Positions 28,290 to 37,728 of a stretch of DNA of 41,183 bases are shown here, piece by piece (within the stretch, counting starts at the first letter, position 1; the number at the start of each line of letters is the position of its first letter). A program made the translations under genes and the position numbers. Below the pieces are notes generated by a model. It was not told the origin of the DNA. It was given only the letters and a program-made list of their open reading frames with translations, and searched no databases. This DNA is from Gammaproteobacteria bacterium RIFCSPLOWO2_02_FULL_61_13 (GTDB lineage: Bacteria; Pseudomonadota; Gammaproteobacteria; Eutrophobiales; Eutrophobiaceae), in assembly GCA_001801865.1 (NCBI GenBank), contig MGYT01000125.1, forward strand, positions 4,521 through 45,703. Reading direction: 5' to 3'.

Positions 28290-29786
28290 ATGAGTCAGCC
28301 CGGTACTGATTCCTTCGCCGCGGTGGATCTGGGCTCGAACAGCTTTCACATGGTCGTGGCCACCTACACTGATGGCCACTTGCAGATCATTGACCGCATC
28401 AAGGACATGGTGCGACTGGCTTCGGGCCTGGATGAAAAACGCGATCTGACGCAGGACTCCATGGAACGTGCCATCCAGTGCCTGGAACGATTCGGTCAAC
28501 GCATTGGCGAGGTGCCGCGCTCTCATGTCCGCGCGGTGGGAACCAACACGTTGCGCCAGGCGCGCAATGGCGCCGCCTTTCTCGTCCGTGCGCGCAAGGC
28601 GCTTGGACACCCGATCGAGATCATTGCCGGACGCGAAGAGGCACGCCTCATTTATCTGGGGGTTTCACATTCGGTGTACGGTGCCGGCGAGCGGCGCCTG
28701 GTGGTCGACATCGGCGGCGGCAGTACGGAGGTGATCATCGGACGCGGCTTTGTGCCACGGCTGATGGAAAGTCTGTATATGGGCTGCGTGAACATGAGCG
28801 AACAATATTTCAGCGGCGGGGAAATCACCGCCAAACGCATGCGTCGCGCCATGTTGTTTGCGCTCCAGGAACTGGAAAGCATCGAGACCACGTACCAGAA
28901 AGCCGGCTGGGACGCGGTCATTGGCGCGTCCGGAACCATCCAGGCGATCCACGATGCCATTCGCGCCAAAGGCTGGGGCGAGGAGGGCATCAGCGCCGAA
29001 GGGTTGCAGCGGTTGCGCGAATTCCTGGTGGAAACGGGGGACCAGAAAAAACTGGTGCTGGAAGGCGTGTCGGATCGGCGCATGCCGGTTTTCATCGGCG
29101 GCGTCGCCATCCTGAGTGCGGTATTTGAGGCGTTGCGAATCGATCAGATGCTGATCTCGGACGGCGCACTGCGCGAGGGCTTGCTGTATGAACTCATCGG
29201 CCGCACACAGGACAAGGACACCCGTGACCAGAGTATTGCCGAACTTGCTTTGCGTTATGGCGTGGATGGTGAGCAGGCCAAACGGGTGGCAACCGCCGCC
29301 GGCAGGCTGTTCAAACAGGTGCAGGGGTCATGGCTGCTGGATGCGCGCGCGGACACGAAATTGCTGGAGTGGGCGGCGCAGATACACGAGATCGGACTCG
29401 CGGTGGCCCATGCCCAGCATCATCATCACGGCGGCTACCTGCTGACGCATTCGGACATGGCGGGGTTTTCACGCCAGGAACAGCGCCACCTGGCGGTGCT
29501 GGTGCGCCTGCACCGGCGCAAGTTCGATACACAGGAACTCGCCGGCATGCCCGATGACGAGCGCGAACGCCTGCAGCGACTGTGTGTCCTGTTGCGCCTG
29601 GCCGTGGTGTTGAACCGCAGTCGCTCGAGCGCCGCGCCGCCGTCTGTCAGTGCCAGCGCGGAGAAGAACCGCATCACCCTGCGCTTTCCGTCCCGCTTCC
29701 TGTCCGAGCATCCGCTGACGCTGGCAGACCTGGAGGGCGAACAGGAGTTTTTGCGCGCCGCGGATTTGGAACTGGCACTGGAGTAG
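28290..29786 (+). CDS. ppx: Exopolyphosphatase (Ppx/GppA family)
   Basis: 498 aa. AAVDLGSNSFHMVV and VVDIGGGSTE are ASKHA phosphate-binding motifs. The C-terminal HD-like domain has HEIGLAVAHAQHHHHGGYLL. Confidence 0.9.
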   Translation: MSQPGTDSFAAVDLGSNSFHMVVATYTDGHLQIIDRIKDMVRLASGLDEKRDLTQDSMERAIQCLERFGQRIGEVPRSHVRAVGTNTLRQARNGAAFLVRARKALGHPIEIIAGREEARLIYLGVSHSVYGAGERRLVVDIGGGSTEVIIGRGFVPRLMESLYMGCVNMSEQYFSGGEITAKRMRRAMLFALQELESIETTYQKAGWDAVIGASGTIQAIHDAIRAKGWGEEGISAEGLQRLREFLVETGDQKKLVLEGVSDRRMPVFIGGVAILSAVFEALRIDQMLISDGALREGLLYELIGRTQDKDTRDQSIAELALRYGVDGEQAKRVATAAGRLFKQVQGSWLLDARADTKLLEWAAQIHEIGLAVAHAQHHHHGGYLLTHSDMAGFSRQEQRHLAVLVRLHRRKFDTQELAGMPDDERERLQRLCVLLRLAVVLNRSRSSAAPPSVSASAEKNRITLRFPSRFLSEHPLTLADLEGEQEFLRAADLELALE

Positions 29787-29815
29787 CGGGCCAGCGCCGC
29801 GTTCACGCCGTACGA

Positions 29816-31894
29816 TCACTGGGAATAATGGCAATGGTGGTCCAGCAGGGTGCGCTGGGCGGAGCGCGGCTTGTGGCTGCCGGGTCGAAGCCGCCGGTAG
29901 CCACCATCGCTTTGCAGGATCCAGGCCTGGGTATTGTCGGCCAGGTAGTTGAGCAGCCCGAATTCGATGATCTGCTCGCGCGGCCGTTTTTCGTCAATCG
30001 GGAAACAGGCCTCGACACGGTGATGCAGATTGCGCGGCATCCAGTCGGCGCTGGAGCAGAACAGCAATTCGTCGCCACCATTAAGAAAGTAGAACACGCG
30101 GCTGTGCTCCAGAAAACGCCCGACGATGCTGCGCACCTGGATGTTGTCGGATACCCCCTTCACGCCGGGGCGCAGGCAGCACACGCCGCGAATGATCAGG
30201 TCAATCTTCACACCCGCCTGTGAGGCGCGGTACAAGGCCTGAATAATGTCCGCATCCACCAGTGCATTCATCTTGGCGATGATGCGCGCCTCCCTGCCGC
30301 CAAGCGCATTCTGTATCTCGGTCTCAATGCTGCTGATGATGCCCTTGTAAAGGGTAAATGGCGACTGCAACAGCTTCTTCAGCTTGCCGGCGCGCCCGAG
30401 TCCGGTGAGCTGGTGGAACATGCGGTTGACGTCCTCCACCATGGCCTTGTCGCAGGTAAGCAGGCTGTAGTCCGTGTACTGGCGGCTGGTGCGAGCATGG
30501 TAATTGCCGGTGCCCAGGTGCGCGTAGCGGCGCAGGCTGCGGCCTTCCCGCCGCACTACCAGGATCATCTTGGCATGGGTTTTATAACCCACGACCCCGT
30601 AGACGACATTGGCCCCGGCCTCCTGCAATTCATTGGCGAGTTCAATGTTGGCTTCCTCGTCGAACCGGGCGCGCAGTTCCACGACCACAGTGACTTCCTT
30701 ACTGCCCCGGGCCGCCTCGATCAACGCATCGACCACCGCCGAATCATTGCCGGTGCGATACAACGTTTGTTTTATGGACAACACGTCCGGATCGGCGGCC
30801 GCTGCGCGCAGAAAATCAATCACCGGCGCAAACGACTGGAAGGGATGATGCAGCAGGATGTCGCCGTTGCGCAGTACATCAAAAATATTGGCGTCTTTCT
30901 GCAGACGCGGGGGCACATCCGGGCTGAACGGCGAGAAGAACAGCTCCGGCCGCTTCACCAGTTCGTAGATGGCCAGCAACCGGTTCAGGTTCACGGGGCC
31001 GGGCACCTGGTATAAATCACGCGCCTCGAGCCCGAATTTGTGCAGCAGGAACTGGCTCAGTTCGCCGGGACAGTTGTCAGCCACTTCCAGACGCACCGCG
31101 TCGCTGAAACGGCGTGATGGCAGTTCGCCTTCCAGTGCCCGCAGCAGGTCATCCACTTCCTCGTCGTCGACCAGCAGATCGCTGTCGCGTGTCACCTTGA
31201 ACTGATAACAACCGGTGGCCTTCATGCCCGGGAACAGATCGCCCACGTGCGCATGAATGATGGCAGACAGCAACACAAATTCGTGCGGCCCGCCGCTTTG
31301 CGCGGCCGGCACATGCACGACGCGCGGCAGTGAGCGCGGGGCCTGCACAATGGCGAGCCGGGTCTCGCGCCCGAAGGCATCCTTGCCCTCCAGCGAGATG
31401 ATGAAATACAGGTTCTTGTTCAGTACGCGCGGGAACGGATGTGCCGGGTCGAGACCGATCGGACTCAGCACCGGCAGTACATTCTGATTGAAGTAACTGC
31501 GCACCCAGCGCGCCGTGTTCGGGTTCCATTCGGATCGACGCTGCACCCGGATGTGCTCCCGGGCCAATGCCGGTTGCACCACCTCGTTCAGGACCCGGTA
31601 TTGCTCCGCCACCAGCTTGTGTGCCACATCGCTGATGCGATCCAGCAGGAATTGCGGGGCAATGTTGTCCGGTCCGGATTGCGTGGACCCGTATTTCACC
31701 TGTTGCCGGATCCCGGCCACCCGGATCTCGAAGTACTCATCCAGGTTGGTGCTGGCGATGCACAGAAACCGCAACCGCTCCAGCAGCGGCACGTCCTCGT
31801 CCATGGCCTGGTCGATGACGCGCCGGTTGAACTCCAGTTGGCTGAGTTCCCGATTGAAATACAGTTCCGGATTCTTGAGATTGACCGCGTCCAT
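29816..31894 (-). CDS. ppk: Polyphosphate kinase 1
   Basis: The start is set at MDAVNLKNPELYFNRELSQLEFNRRV (31894), the canonical PPK1 N-terminus, with AGGGTGA upstream. It has tandem PLD-like C-domains and an autophosphorylated-His context (VGYKTHAKM). Confidence 0.95.
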   Translation of the reverse strand: MDAVNLKNPELYFNRELSQLEFNRRVIDQAMDEDVPLLERLRFLCIASTNLDEYFEIRVAGIRQQVKYGSTQSGPDNIAPQFLLDRISDVAHKLVAEQYRVLNEVVQPALAREHIRVQRRSEWNPNTARWVRSYFNQNVLPVLSPIGLDPAHPFPRVLNKNLYFIISLEGKDAFGRETRLAIVQAPRSLPRVVHVPAAQSGGPHEFVLLSAIIHAHVGDLFPGMKATGCYQFKVTRDSDLLVDDEEVDDLLRALEGELPSRRFSDAVRLEVADNCPGELSQFLLHKFGLEARDLYQVPGPVNLNRLLAIYELVKRPELFFSPFSPDVPPRLQKDANIFDVLRNGDILLHHPFQSFAPVIDFLRAAAADPDVLSIKQTLYRTGNDSAVVDALIEAARGSKEVTVVVELRARFDEEANIELANELQEAGANVVYGVVGYKTHAKMILVVRREGRSLRRYAHLGTGNYHARTSRQYTDYSLLTCDKAMVEDVNRMFHQLTGLGRAGKLKKLLQSPFTLYKGIISSIETEIQNALGGREARIIAKMNALVDADIIQALYRASQAGVKIDLIIRGVCCLRPGVKGVSDNIQVRSIVGRFLEHSRVFYFLNGGDELLFCSSADWMPRNLHHRVEACFPIDEKRPREQIIEFGLLNYLADNTQAWILQSDGGYRRLRPGSHKPRSAQRTLLDHHCHYSQ

Positions 31895-31899
31895 ATTCA

Positions 31900-31963
31900 C
31901 CCTGGTTACCCTGGTTTGCGCCGGGCCAGGCGCACGCCACCAGTATGCGCACGCCACCAGTAT
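31900..31963. repeat. Two sets of tandem direct repeats in the phoU-ppk spacer
   Basis: GCGCACGCCACCAGTAT occurs twice, perfect and head-to-tail (31930-31946 and 31947-31963). CCCTGGTTA/CCCTGGTTT are head-to-tail (31900-31908 and 31909-31917). Confidence 0.9.
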
Positions 31964-31974
31964 CGCAGAAAGGG

Positions 31975-32694
31975 TTAGCGCGGGGTGCGCAACTTGTCCT
32001 CTATCTCCTCAAAGCTGATGTGACGCACATCCTTGCCCTCGACAAAATAGATGACGCTTTCGCAGATATTACGTGCATGGTCACCGATACGCTCCATGGC
32101 GCGGGCCACCCAGATCGCGTCCATGGCGCCGCCGATGTTGCGCGGATCCTCCATCATGTAGGTAATGAGCTGTCGCATGATGGCATCGTACTGATCGTCG
32201 GAGGTCGGCTCCTTGCGCGCCACGGCCAGCGCCGCCTGGGAGTCCATGCGCGCGAAGGCATCCAGAGCGTCATGCACCATTCTGCGGACGAAATTGCCCA
32301 TGGAACTGATGCCGATGTAATACTCGCGCGGGCCCTGCTTTTCGCTCAGGTCAATGGCCATCTTCGCGATCTTTTCGGATTCATCCCCGACCCGCTCCAG
32401 GTCAGTGATGGTTTTGGCCACGGCCATGACCAGGCGCAGGTCCCCGGCGGCCGGTTGGCGCCGCGCCAGGATATTCGTGCACTCTTCGTCTATGGCCACT
32501 TCCAGCGAATTCACCTTGAACTCGTTTTTAAGCACCTCCTCGCCCAGTTCCGGGTTGGAATCCGTGAGGGCGCGCAGCGCGTCGATGAGTTGTTGCTCCA
32601 CCAGGCCGCCCATGCCCAGCACGCGCGTGCGGACGTGCTCCAGGTCATTGTCGTACTGGCGGGAGATATGTTGCGGGATGGTGCCGTTTGCCAT
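31975..32694 (-). CDS. phoU: Phosphate signalling complex protein PhoU
   Basis: 239 aa. Two PhoU repeats with E(R)(I/V)GD motifs (DLERVGDESEKIA; AMERIGDHARNI). Directly downstream of pstB. Confidence 0.93.
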   Translation of the reverse strand: MANGTIPQHISRQYDNDLEHVRTRVLGMGGLVEQQLIDALRALTDSNPELGEEVLKNEFKVNSLEVAIDEECTNILARRQPAAGDLRLVMAVAKTITDLERVGDESEKIAKMAIDLSEKQGPREYYIGISSMGNFVRRMVHDALDAFARMDSQAALAVARKEPTSDDQYDAIMRQLITYMMEDPRNIGGAMDAIWVARAMERIGDHARNICESVIYFVEGKDVRHISFEEIEDKLRTPR

Positions 32695-32707
32695 GCGCCT
32701 GCTCCGT

Positions 32708-33625
32708 TCAACCGTAACGCCCGGTGATGTAATCCTCGGTCATCTTCTGCGAGGGATTGGTGAATAATGTGCTTGTGTCGGTGAATTCAATCATCTCGCC
32801 CAGGTACATATAGGCCGTGTAGTCGGACACGCGCGCCGCCTGCTGCATGTTGTGGGTAACGATGATGATGGTGAATCTGTCCTTCAATTCATAAATAAGT
32901 TCCTCGATTTTCAGGGTCGAGATGGGGTCCAGCGCAGAACAGGGTTCGTCCAGCAGCACCACTTCGGGCTCGATGGCGATGGCGCGCGCAATCACCAGGC
33001 GCTGGGCCTGGCCGCCGGACAGGCCAAGGGCGTTGTCGTTCAATCGATCCTTTACCTCGTCCCAGAGCGCGGCGCTCTGCAACGATTTCTCCACGACCGC
33101 ATCCAGCGTGCGCCGGTCATTGACGCCCTGGATGCGCAACCCATAGGCCACGTTCTCGTAGATGGACTTCGGAAACGGATTCGGCTTCTGGAACACCATG
33201 CCGATCCGGCGCCGCAATTCGGACACGTTGACGCCCTTGTCGAAGATATTCTCCTCGTGCAACGTGATCTTACCTTCAATGCGCACGCCGTCGATCAGAT
33301 CATTCATACGATTGAAGCAGCGCAGCAACGTGGACTTGCCACACCCGCTCGGCCCGATGAACGCGGTCACGCGTTTTTCCGGCAATACCAGGTTGATATC
33401 CTTCAGTGCCTGCTTCTCCGAGTAGAACAGATTGAAGCCGCGCACGTTGATGCAGGGTGATTCCCGATCAAGGCTGAGCCGCGTCGAGGATTGGGATAAC
33501 GCGGACAAGTCGATGGCATGGGACGGTACGTCTTCCCGATCCGCAGATGCCAAAACAGACATGGGCGGCTTGCTGGTCTCTTCATTCATGGTGTCGGGCA
33601 CGGGATTAATTCTGTTCTGCTGCAC
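32708..33625 (-). CDS. pstB: Phosphate ABC transporter ATP-binding protein
   Basis: Walker [10 protein letters not shown], signature LSGGQAQR and Walker B VVLLDEP. The GTG start at 33625 is preceded by AAGGGAGAA with a 5-nt spacer. It overlaps the pstA 3-prime end by 20 nt. Confidence 0.93.
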   Translation of the reverse strand: MQQNRINPVPDTMNEETSKPPMSVLASADREDVPSHAIDLSALSQSSTRLSLDRESPCINVRGFNLFYSEKQALKDINLVLPEKRVTAFIGPSGCGKSTLLRCFNRMNDLIDGVRIEGKITLHEENIFDKGVNVSELRRRIGMVFQKPNPFPKSIYENVAYGLRIQGVNDRRTLDAVVEKSLQSAALWDEVKDRLNDNALGLSGGQAQRLVIARAIAIEPEVVLLDEPCSALDPISTLKIEELIYELKDRFTIIIVTHNMQQAARVSDYTAYMYLGEMIEFTDTSTLFTNPSQKMTEDYITGRYG

Positions 33626-35276
33626 GGTATTTCTCCCTTAGCCTATTACGAATGCGAATGGCTGTCAGGTTCAGGGCCACGATGATGAGCACCAGCAGGA
33701 ATGCGCTGGCGTAGACCAGCGGGCGGGCCGCTTCGACATTGGGGCTCTGAAAGCCAACGTCGTAAATATGGAAACCCAGGTGCATGAACTTGCGGTCCAG
33801 GTGCAGAAACGGGGTATTGCCGTCCAGCGCCAGCGACGGCGCGAGCTTGACCACGCCCACCAGCATCAGCGGCGCCACCTCGCCGGCGGCACGGGCCACG
33901 GCCAGGATCAGCCCGGTCATCATCGCGGAGGCGGTCATCGGCAACACCGTGCGCCACAGTGTTTCGGCCTTGGTGGCCCCCAGCGCGAGGCTGCCTTCGC
34001 GGATGGCGCGCGGTACACGCGTCAGCCCTTCCTCGGTAGAGACAATGACCACCGGCACGGTAAGCAACGCCAGTGTCAGCGAGGCCCACATCAGGCCCGG
34101 CGTGCCGAAGGTGGGTGCCGGCAGTGACTCGGCGAAGAAAAGTTCATCAATGTTCGAACCGGCAAAATAAACAAAGAATCCAAGACCAAAGACGCCATAC
34201 ACCACCGATGGCACGCCGGCCAGATTGTTGACCGCGATGCGGATAAGCTGGGTCAGGGTCCCCTGCTTGGCATATTCACGCAAATACACCGCGGCGATAA
34301 CGCCGAAGGGCGTCACCAGCACGGCCATGATCATGACCATCAACACGGTGCCGAAGATGGCGGGAAAGATGCCGCCCTCGGTGTTTGCCTCGCGCGGCTC
34401 ATCGCTGACGAATTCCCAGAGCTTGGCCGCATAAAAACCCGCCTTGCCGGGCAGTGTCATTTCATTCGGGCGGTAGGCGCGCACCACCTTGGCCACGGGC
34501 AATTCGTGTTCTGTCCCGTCCGCGAGACGTATGACAAACGTGGCCGCGTTGAGCTCAGCGTAAAGGCCGGCCAGCTCCGCGGTATGCCCATCATATTGCG
34601 CCTGCTGATCCGCCTGGTCGGCCTGGATGCGCGCCCGGAGTTCCGGGTCATCGTTGTGCTCCAGTTCCAACGCACGCGCTTCCAGGCGCAGCCGTTCCAT
34701 GCCGTAATTGATGCCACCGATAAGATCGCGCTCAATATGCCGGATGGTGTCGAAGACCGCACCGGTTTCCTCGACCTGCCGGCGCATGGCCTGCCAGGGC
34801 ACTGCGCCGTCCGCGATTGACTTGCCGCCCCTTTTTACCGCCACCAGATAGCCGTACAGATTGCCCCATTCCCGCCGCTCCACGGTAATGGCCTCCGGCG
34901 GGAAGGTGATATCGCCCATGCCCGCGCCCAGTACCCAGCGAAAATCAATCCCGAGGAAATCGCGATTGCCGGTTTTAACCAAATGGCGCTTTACCAGTTC
35001 CTGATCGGCAGGGATGCGCGGGTCCGCCTCCCCAAGCCTGGCCCGCGGCACCACCTCGTGATCGGCAAACTCGCCCAGCACCTGTTCCACGGTTCCGTCC
35101 GCGCCGGTGTACGCAAAGCTGGCGATGCGTCCGGGCCAGAAGTGCCCGAGCCCGCGCACTGCGATCAGCAGCAGCAGGCCGACCACCATGATCACGGAGA
35201 CGCTGACGGCACCGGCGTTCAGCCAGATGTACGGCCCGCCCTCTGAAATCCACTTTTTCAGTCCCTGCTGCTTCAT
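33606..35276 (-). CDS. pstA: Phosphate ABC transporter permease PstA (long form)
   Basis: 556 aa. The C-terminal roughly 270 aa is the PstA permease core with an EAA-like loop ([20 protein letters not shown]). A roughly 260-aa insertion follows TM1, as in Pseudomonas-type PstA. Confidence 0.9.
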   Translation of the reverse strand: MKQQGLKKWISEGGPYIWLNAGAVSVSVIMVVGLLLLIAVRGLGHFWPGRIASFAYTGADGTVEQVLGEFADHEVVPRARLGEADPRIPADQELVKRHLVKTGNRDFLGIDFRWVLGAGMGDITFPPEAITVERREWGNLYGYLVAVKRGGKSIADGAVPWQAMRRQVEETGAVFDTIRHIERDLIGGINYGMERLRLEARALELEHNDDPELRARIQADQADQQAQYDGHTAELAGLYAELNAATFVIRLADGTEHELPVAKVVRAYRPNEMTLPGKAGFYAAKLWEFVSDEPREANTEGGIFPAIFGTVLMVMIMAVLVTPFGVIAAVYLREYAKQGTLTQLIRIAVNNLAGVPSVVYGVFGLGFFVYFAGSNIDELFFAESLPAPTFGTPGLMWASLTLALLTVPVVIVSTEEGLTRVPRAIREGSLALGATKAETLWRTVLPMTASAMMTGLILAVARAAGEVAPLMLVGVVKLAPSLALDGNTPFLHLDRKFMHLGFHIYDVGFQSPNVEAARPLVYASAFLLVLIIVALNLTAIRIRNRLREKYRAAEQN

Positions 35277-37549
35277 AGATTGCTGTACTTGGCGCGCAGC
35301 CGCTGACGCACCACCTCGGCCACCGTGTTGAACATGAACGTGGCAAGGAACAGCACCAGCCCGGCAAGAAACAGGATGCGGTAGTGGGTGCTCCCGACCT
35401 CGGACTCCGGCATCTCCACGGCAATGTTCGCGGACAACGCGCGGAAGCCCTGAAAAATATTAATATCCATGACTGCCGTGTTACCCGTGGCCATGACCAC
35501 GATCATGGTCTCGCCCACGGCCCGGCCGAGCCCGATCATCACGGCGGAAAAGATGCCCGGACTAGCCGTCAGCAGCACCACCCGAACCATCGTCTGCCAC
35601 AGCGTGGCGCCCAAGGCCAGGGAACCGGTGGTGAGATGCTTGGGAACGCCAAAGATTGCATCTTCGCTGATGGAAAAAATGGTCGGGATCACGGCGAAGC
35701 CAATGGCAAAACCCACCACCAGCGAATTGCGCTGGTCATAGGTGATGCCCATTTCCTGGCTCAGCCACAGCGGCATGTTGCCGTTGAAAAACATCACCTC
35801 CACCGGCTGGCTCAGGGCGATGGCGAGCGCGAATGCCGCCACCAGTACCGGGATCAGCAGGATTGCCTCCGACCCCTCCGGCACGCGCTGGCGCACACGC
35901 TGCGGCAGCACCTCCCAGAGGATTCCGAATGCCAGAATGGAGAGCGGGATGCTGAGCAGGATCAGGAAAATCCCGGGCAAGTGGTTCTCGACGAAGGGCG
36001 CGAACCACAGGCCGGCCAGGAACCCGAGGATCACGGACGGCAATGCGGCCATGATCTCAATGGTGGGCTTGACCAGGTTGCGCATGCGCGCTTCCATGAA
36101 ATACGCCGTGTAGATCGCCCCCATGATGGCGAGCGGGACTGCAAACAGGCTCGCATACAGCGCCGCCTTGAAAGTACCGAAAGCCAGCGGCGTCAGGCTG
36201 AACTTGGGCTCGAAGTCACTGCTCGCGGAAGACGACTGCCAGATGTATTCCGGCTGCTGGCGGCTTTCATACCAGACCTTGCCCCAGAGCGAGCGCCAGG
36301 AAACCTCCGGATGTTCGTTTTCCACATCCAGGACACTGAGCCGTCCCCCAGGCCGCTCCACCAGCACCGCATCGGCCCGGGGCGCGATCGCCATCTGCGA
36401 CACCGCCCCGCCCGCGATCTGTTCCAGTGCGAGCGTACGTTCGGCCGTGGAGTGATAAACACCCAACCTGCCACCGGCATCCGCCGCCAGAAAGCCCTTG
36501 CGAAAATATTCCGGCACCAGGGCAGTAATCGGGCTGGACTGGGAATCGAACGAACGCACTTTCTTCAGTGAATAGTTGTTTTCATCGTCCCGGACCGGGA
36601 ACCACTGCGCGACCTGTCCACTGCTGTCCCCGACCAGGATTGAAATCCCGCCGCTCAGGAATGCCAGCGTGGTGATCCGGACACCATCGGCCACGGCGGC
36701 GACCCGCTCCACCAGGCGTGGATCCGATTTGTTGCTGATGTCGTAGTAATACAGAGTGCCCTGGGTGTCGGCGGCGTAGAGTTCCTGCTGGTCCACGTCC
36801 ACTGCCAGGTGCGTGGCCGGATATTCCAGCGACAGCTTGGTGCGCGTCCGCACCGTCTCCACTTCCTTGCTGGCCAGGGATTTACGCTTGCGTGTCAGCG
36901 ACACCAGCCAGACGCGGCTTTCGCCGGTGGCGGCCGCAATCGTGGTTTGCTTGTCGTCGGATCCGGCGCTGATGACGCGCAGGGGCTGACTTGCGCTATC
37001 GACCGGTATCGGTTCCCGGCCCAGCGGAAAGTCCAGGCGTGGTTTTATCAAGCGGATGTCATTGGGATAGGAAACATCATAGGCGTGGCGCGCCAGTACC
37101 GCGCTGCCATTGGACATGCCCACCACCAGCAAGCCCCCGGCCGGATCGCCGGCAGAGAAGGCGGTAATGGACGCGGGCACGCTGCCCGTCAGCGGCTTGC
37201 GCTCCACGATGGCGCCGTCCTGCGTGGCAAAAAAGATCACCTCGCCGGCCGCAGTCACGCGCATGCCGATTTCCCGCTGCTCCTCAAGTGCGTAATGCAG
37301 CGTGGCCGAATCAGTTCCGCCAGGCAGTACGAACTCAGTGGTCTGCGCGACATGCGCAGGACGAAACAAAGGCAGCACGACATAAACGAGGTAGAAAGCG
37401 ATCAAGACGATGGCGAGGATGACGCTGATGCCGCCGACCGCCATGATCCAGCCGGCTATCCGGTCCTTGATGCCGCGCCAGCGACGATGCCGCGCAGCAG
37501 CAGGGGATCTGAAATCAGGGAGCAGAATGTCTGTTGCTATCACGGCCAT
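35273..37549 (-). CDS. pstC: Phosphate ABC transporter permease PstC (long form with a large N-terminal periplasmic domain)
   Basis: 758 aa. The C-terminal roughly 300 aa is the PstC permease core ([19 protein letters not shown]). The N-terminus has one TM segment followed by about 330 aa of seven repeat units. ATGA overlap with pstA. Confidence 0.9.
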   Translation of the reverse strand: MAVIATDILLPDFRSPAAARHRRWRGIKDRIAGWIMAVGGISVILAIVLIAFYLVYVVLPLFRPAHVAQTTEFVLPGGTDSATLHYALEEQREIGMRVTAAGEVIFFATQDGAIVERKPLTGSVPASITAFSAGDPAGGLLVVGMSNGSAVLARHAYDVSYPNDIRLIKPRLDFPLGREPIPVDSASQPLRVISAGSDDKQTTIAAATGESRVWLVSLTRKRKSLASKEVETVRTRTKLSLEYPATHLAVDVDQQELYAADTQGTLYYYDISNKSDPRLVERVAAVADGVRITTLAFLSGGISILVGDSSGQVAQWFPVRDDENNYSLKKVRSFDSQSSPITALVPEYFRKGFLAADAGGRLGVYHSTAERTLALEQIAGGAVSQMAIAPRADAVLVERPGGRLSVLDVENEHPEVSWRSLWGKVWYESRQQPEYIWQSSSASSDFEPKFSLTPLAFGTFKAALYASLFAVPLAIMGAIYTAYFMEARMRNLVKPTIEIMAALPSVILGFLAGLWFAPFVENHLPGIFLILLSIPLSILAFGILWEVLPQRVRQRVPEGSEAILLIPVLVAAFALAIALSQPVEVMFFNGNMPLWLSQEMGITYDQRNSLVVGFAIGFAVIPTIFSISEDAIFGVPKHLTTGSLALGATLWQTMVRVVLLTASPGIFSAVMIGLGRAVGETMIVVMATGNTAVMDINIFQGFRALSANIAVEMPESEVGSTHYRILFLAGLVLFLATFMFNTVAEVVRQRLRAKYSNL

Positions 37550-37555
37550 CCGCGC

Positions 37556-37589
37556 AGTCTAGGGGGGCCATATGACAGAACCGTGACCA
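37556..37589 (-). promoter_or_regulatory. Pho box plus -10 element immediately upstream of pstC
   Basis: The minus strand reads TGGTCAC GGTT CTGTCAT ATGG CCCCCC TAGACT GCGCGG ATG. That is two 7-mers at 11-bp spacing, 10 nt, a -10-like TAGACT, and 6 nt to the pstC ATG. The 16-mer GTCACGGTTCTGTCAT is identical to the box at 40958-40973. Confidence 0.55.
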
Positions 37590-37660
37590 TTCCATGTCTT
37601 TGAAATAACGGCTGAATGGAATGGTTCACGTCAGGCAACGTTGCGGGTTTTCATGGAACT

Positions 37661-37711
37661 AAAATGCGTCCGGCCGGTGGGAATCCCTGCGGGATCCCGC
37701 GCCGGCCGGCG
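37661..37711 (-). terminator. Large GC-rich hairpin after pstS (partial terminator, attenuator or mRNA stabiliser)
   Basis: CCGGCCGG (37670-37677) pairs with CCGGCCGG (37702-37709), with an inner stem GGGAATCCC/GGGATCCC. On the minus strand ACGCATTTTAG follows, an imperfect U-run. Confidence 0.45.
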
Positions 37712-37728
37712 AGTGAAACTCAGTAATA

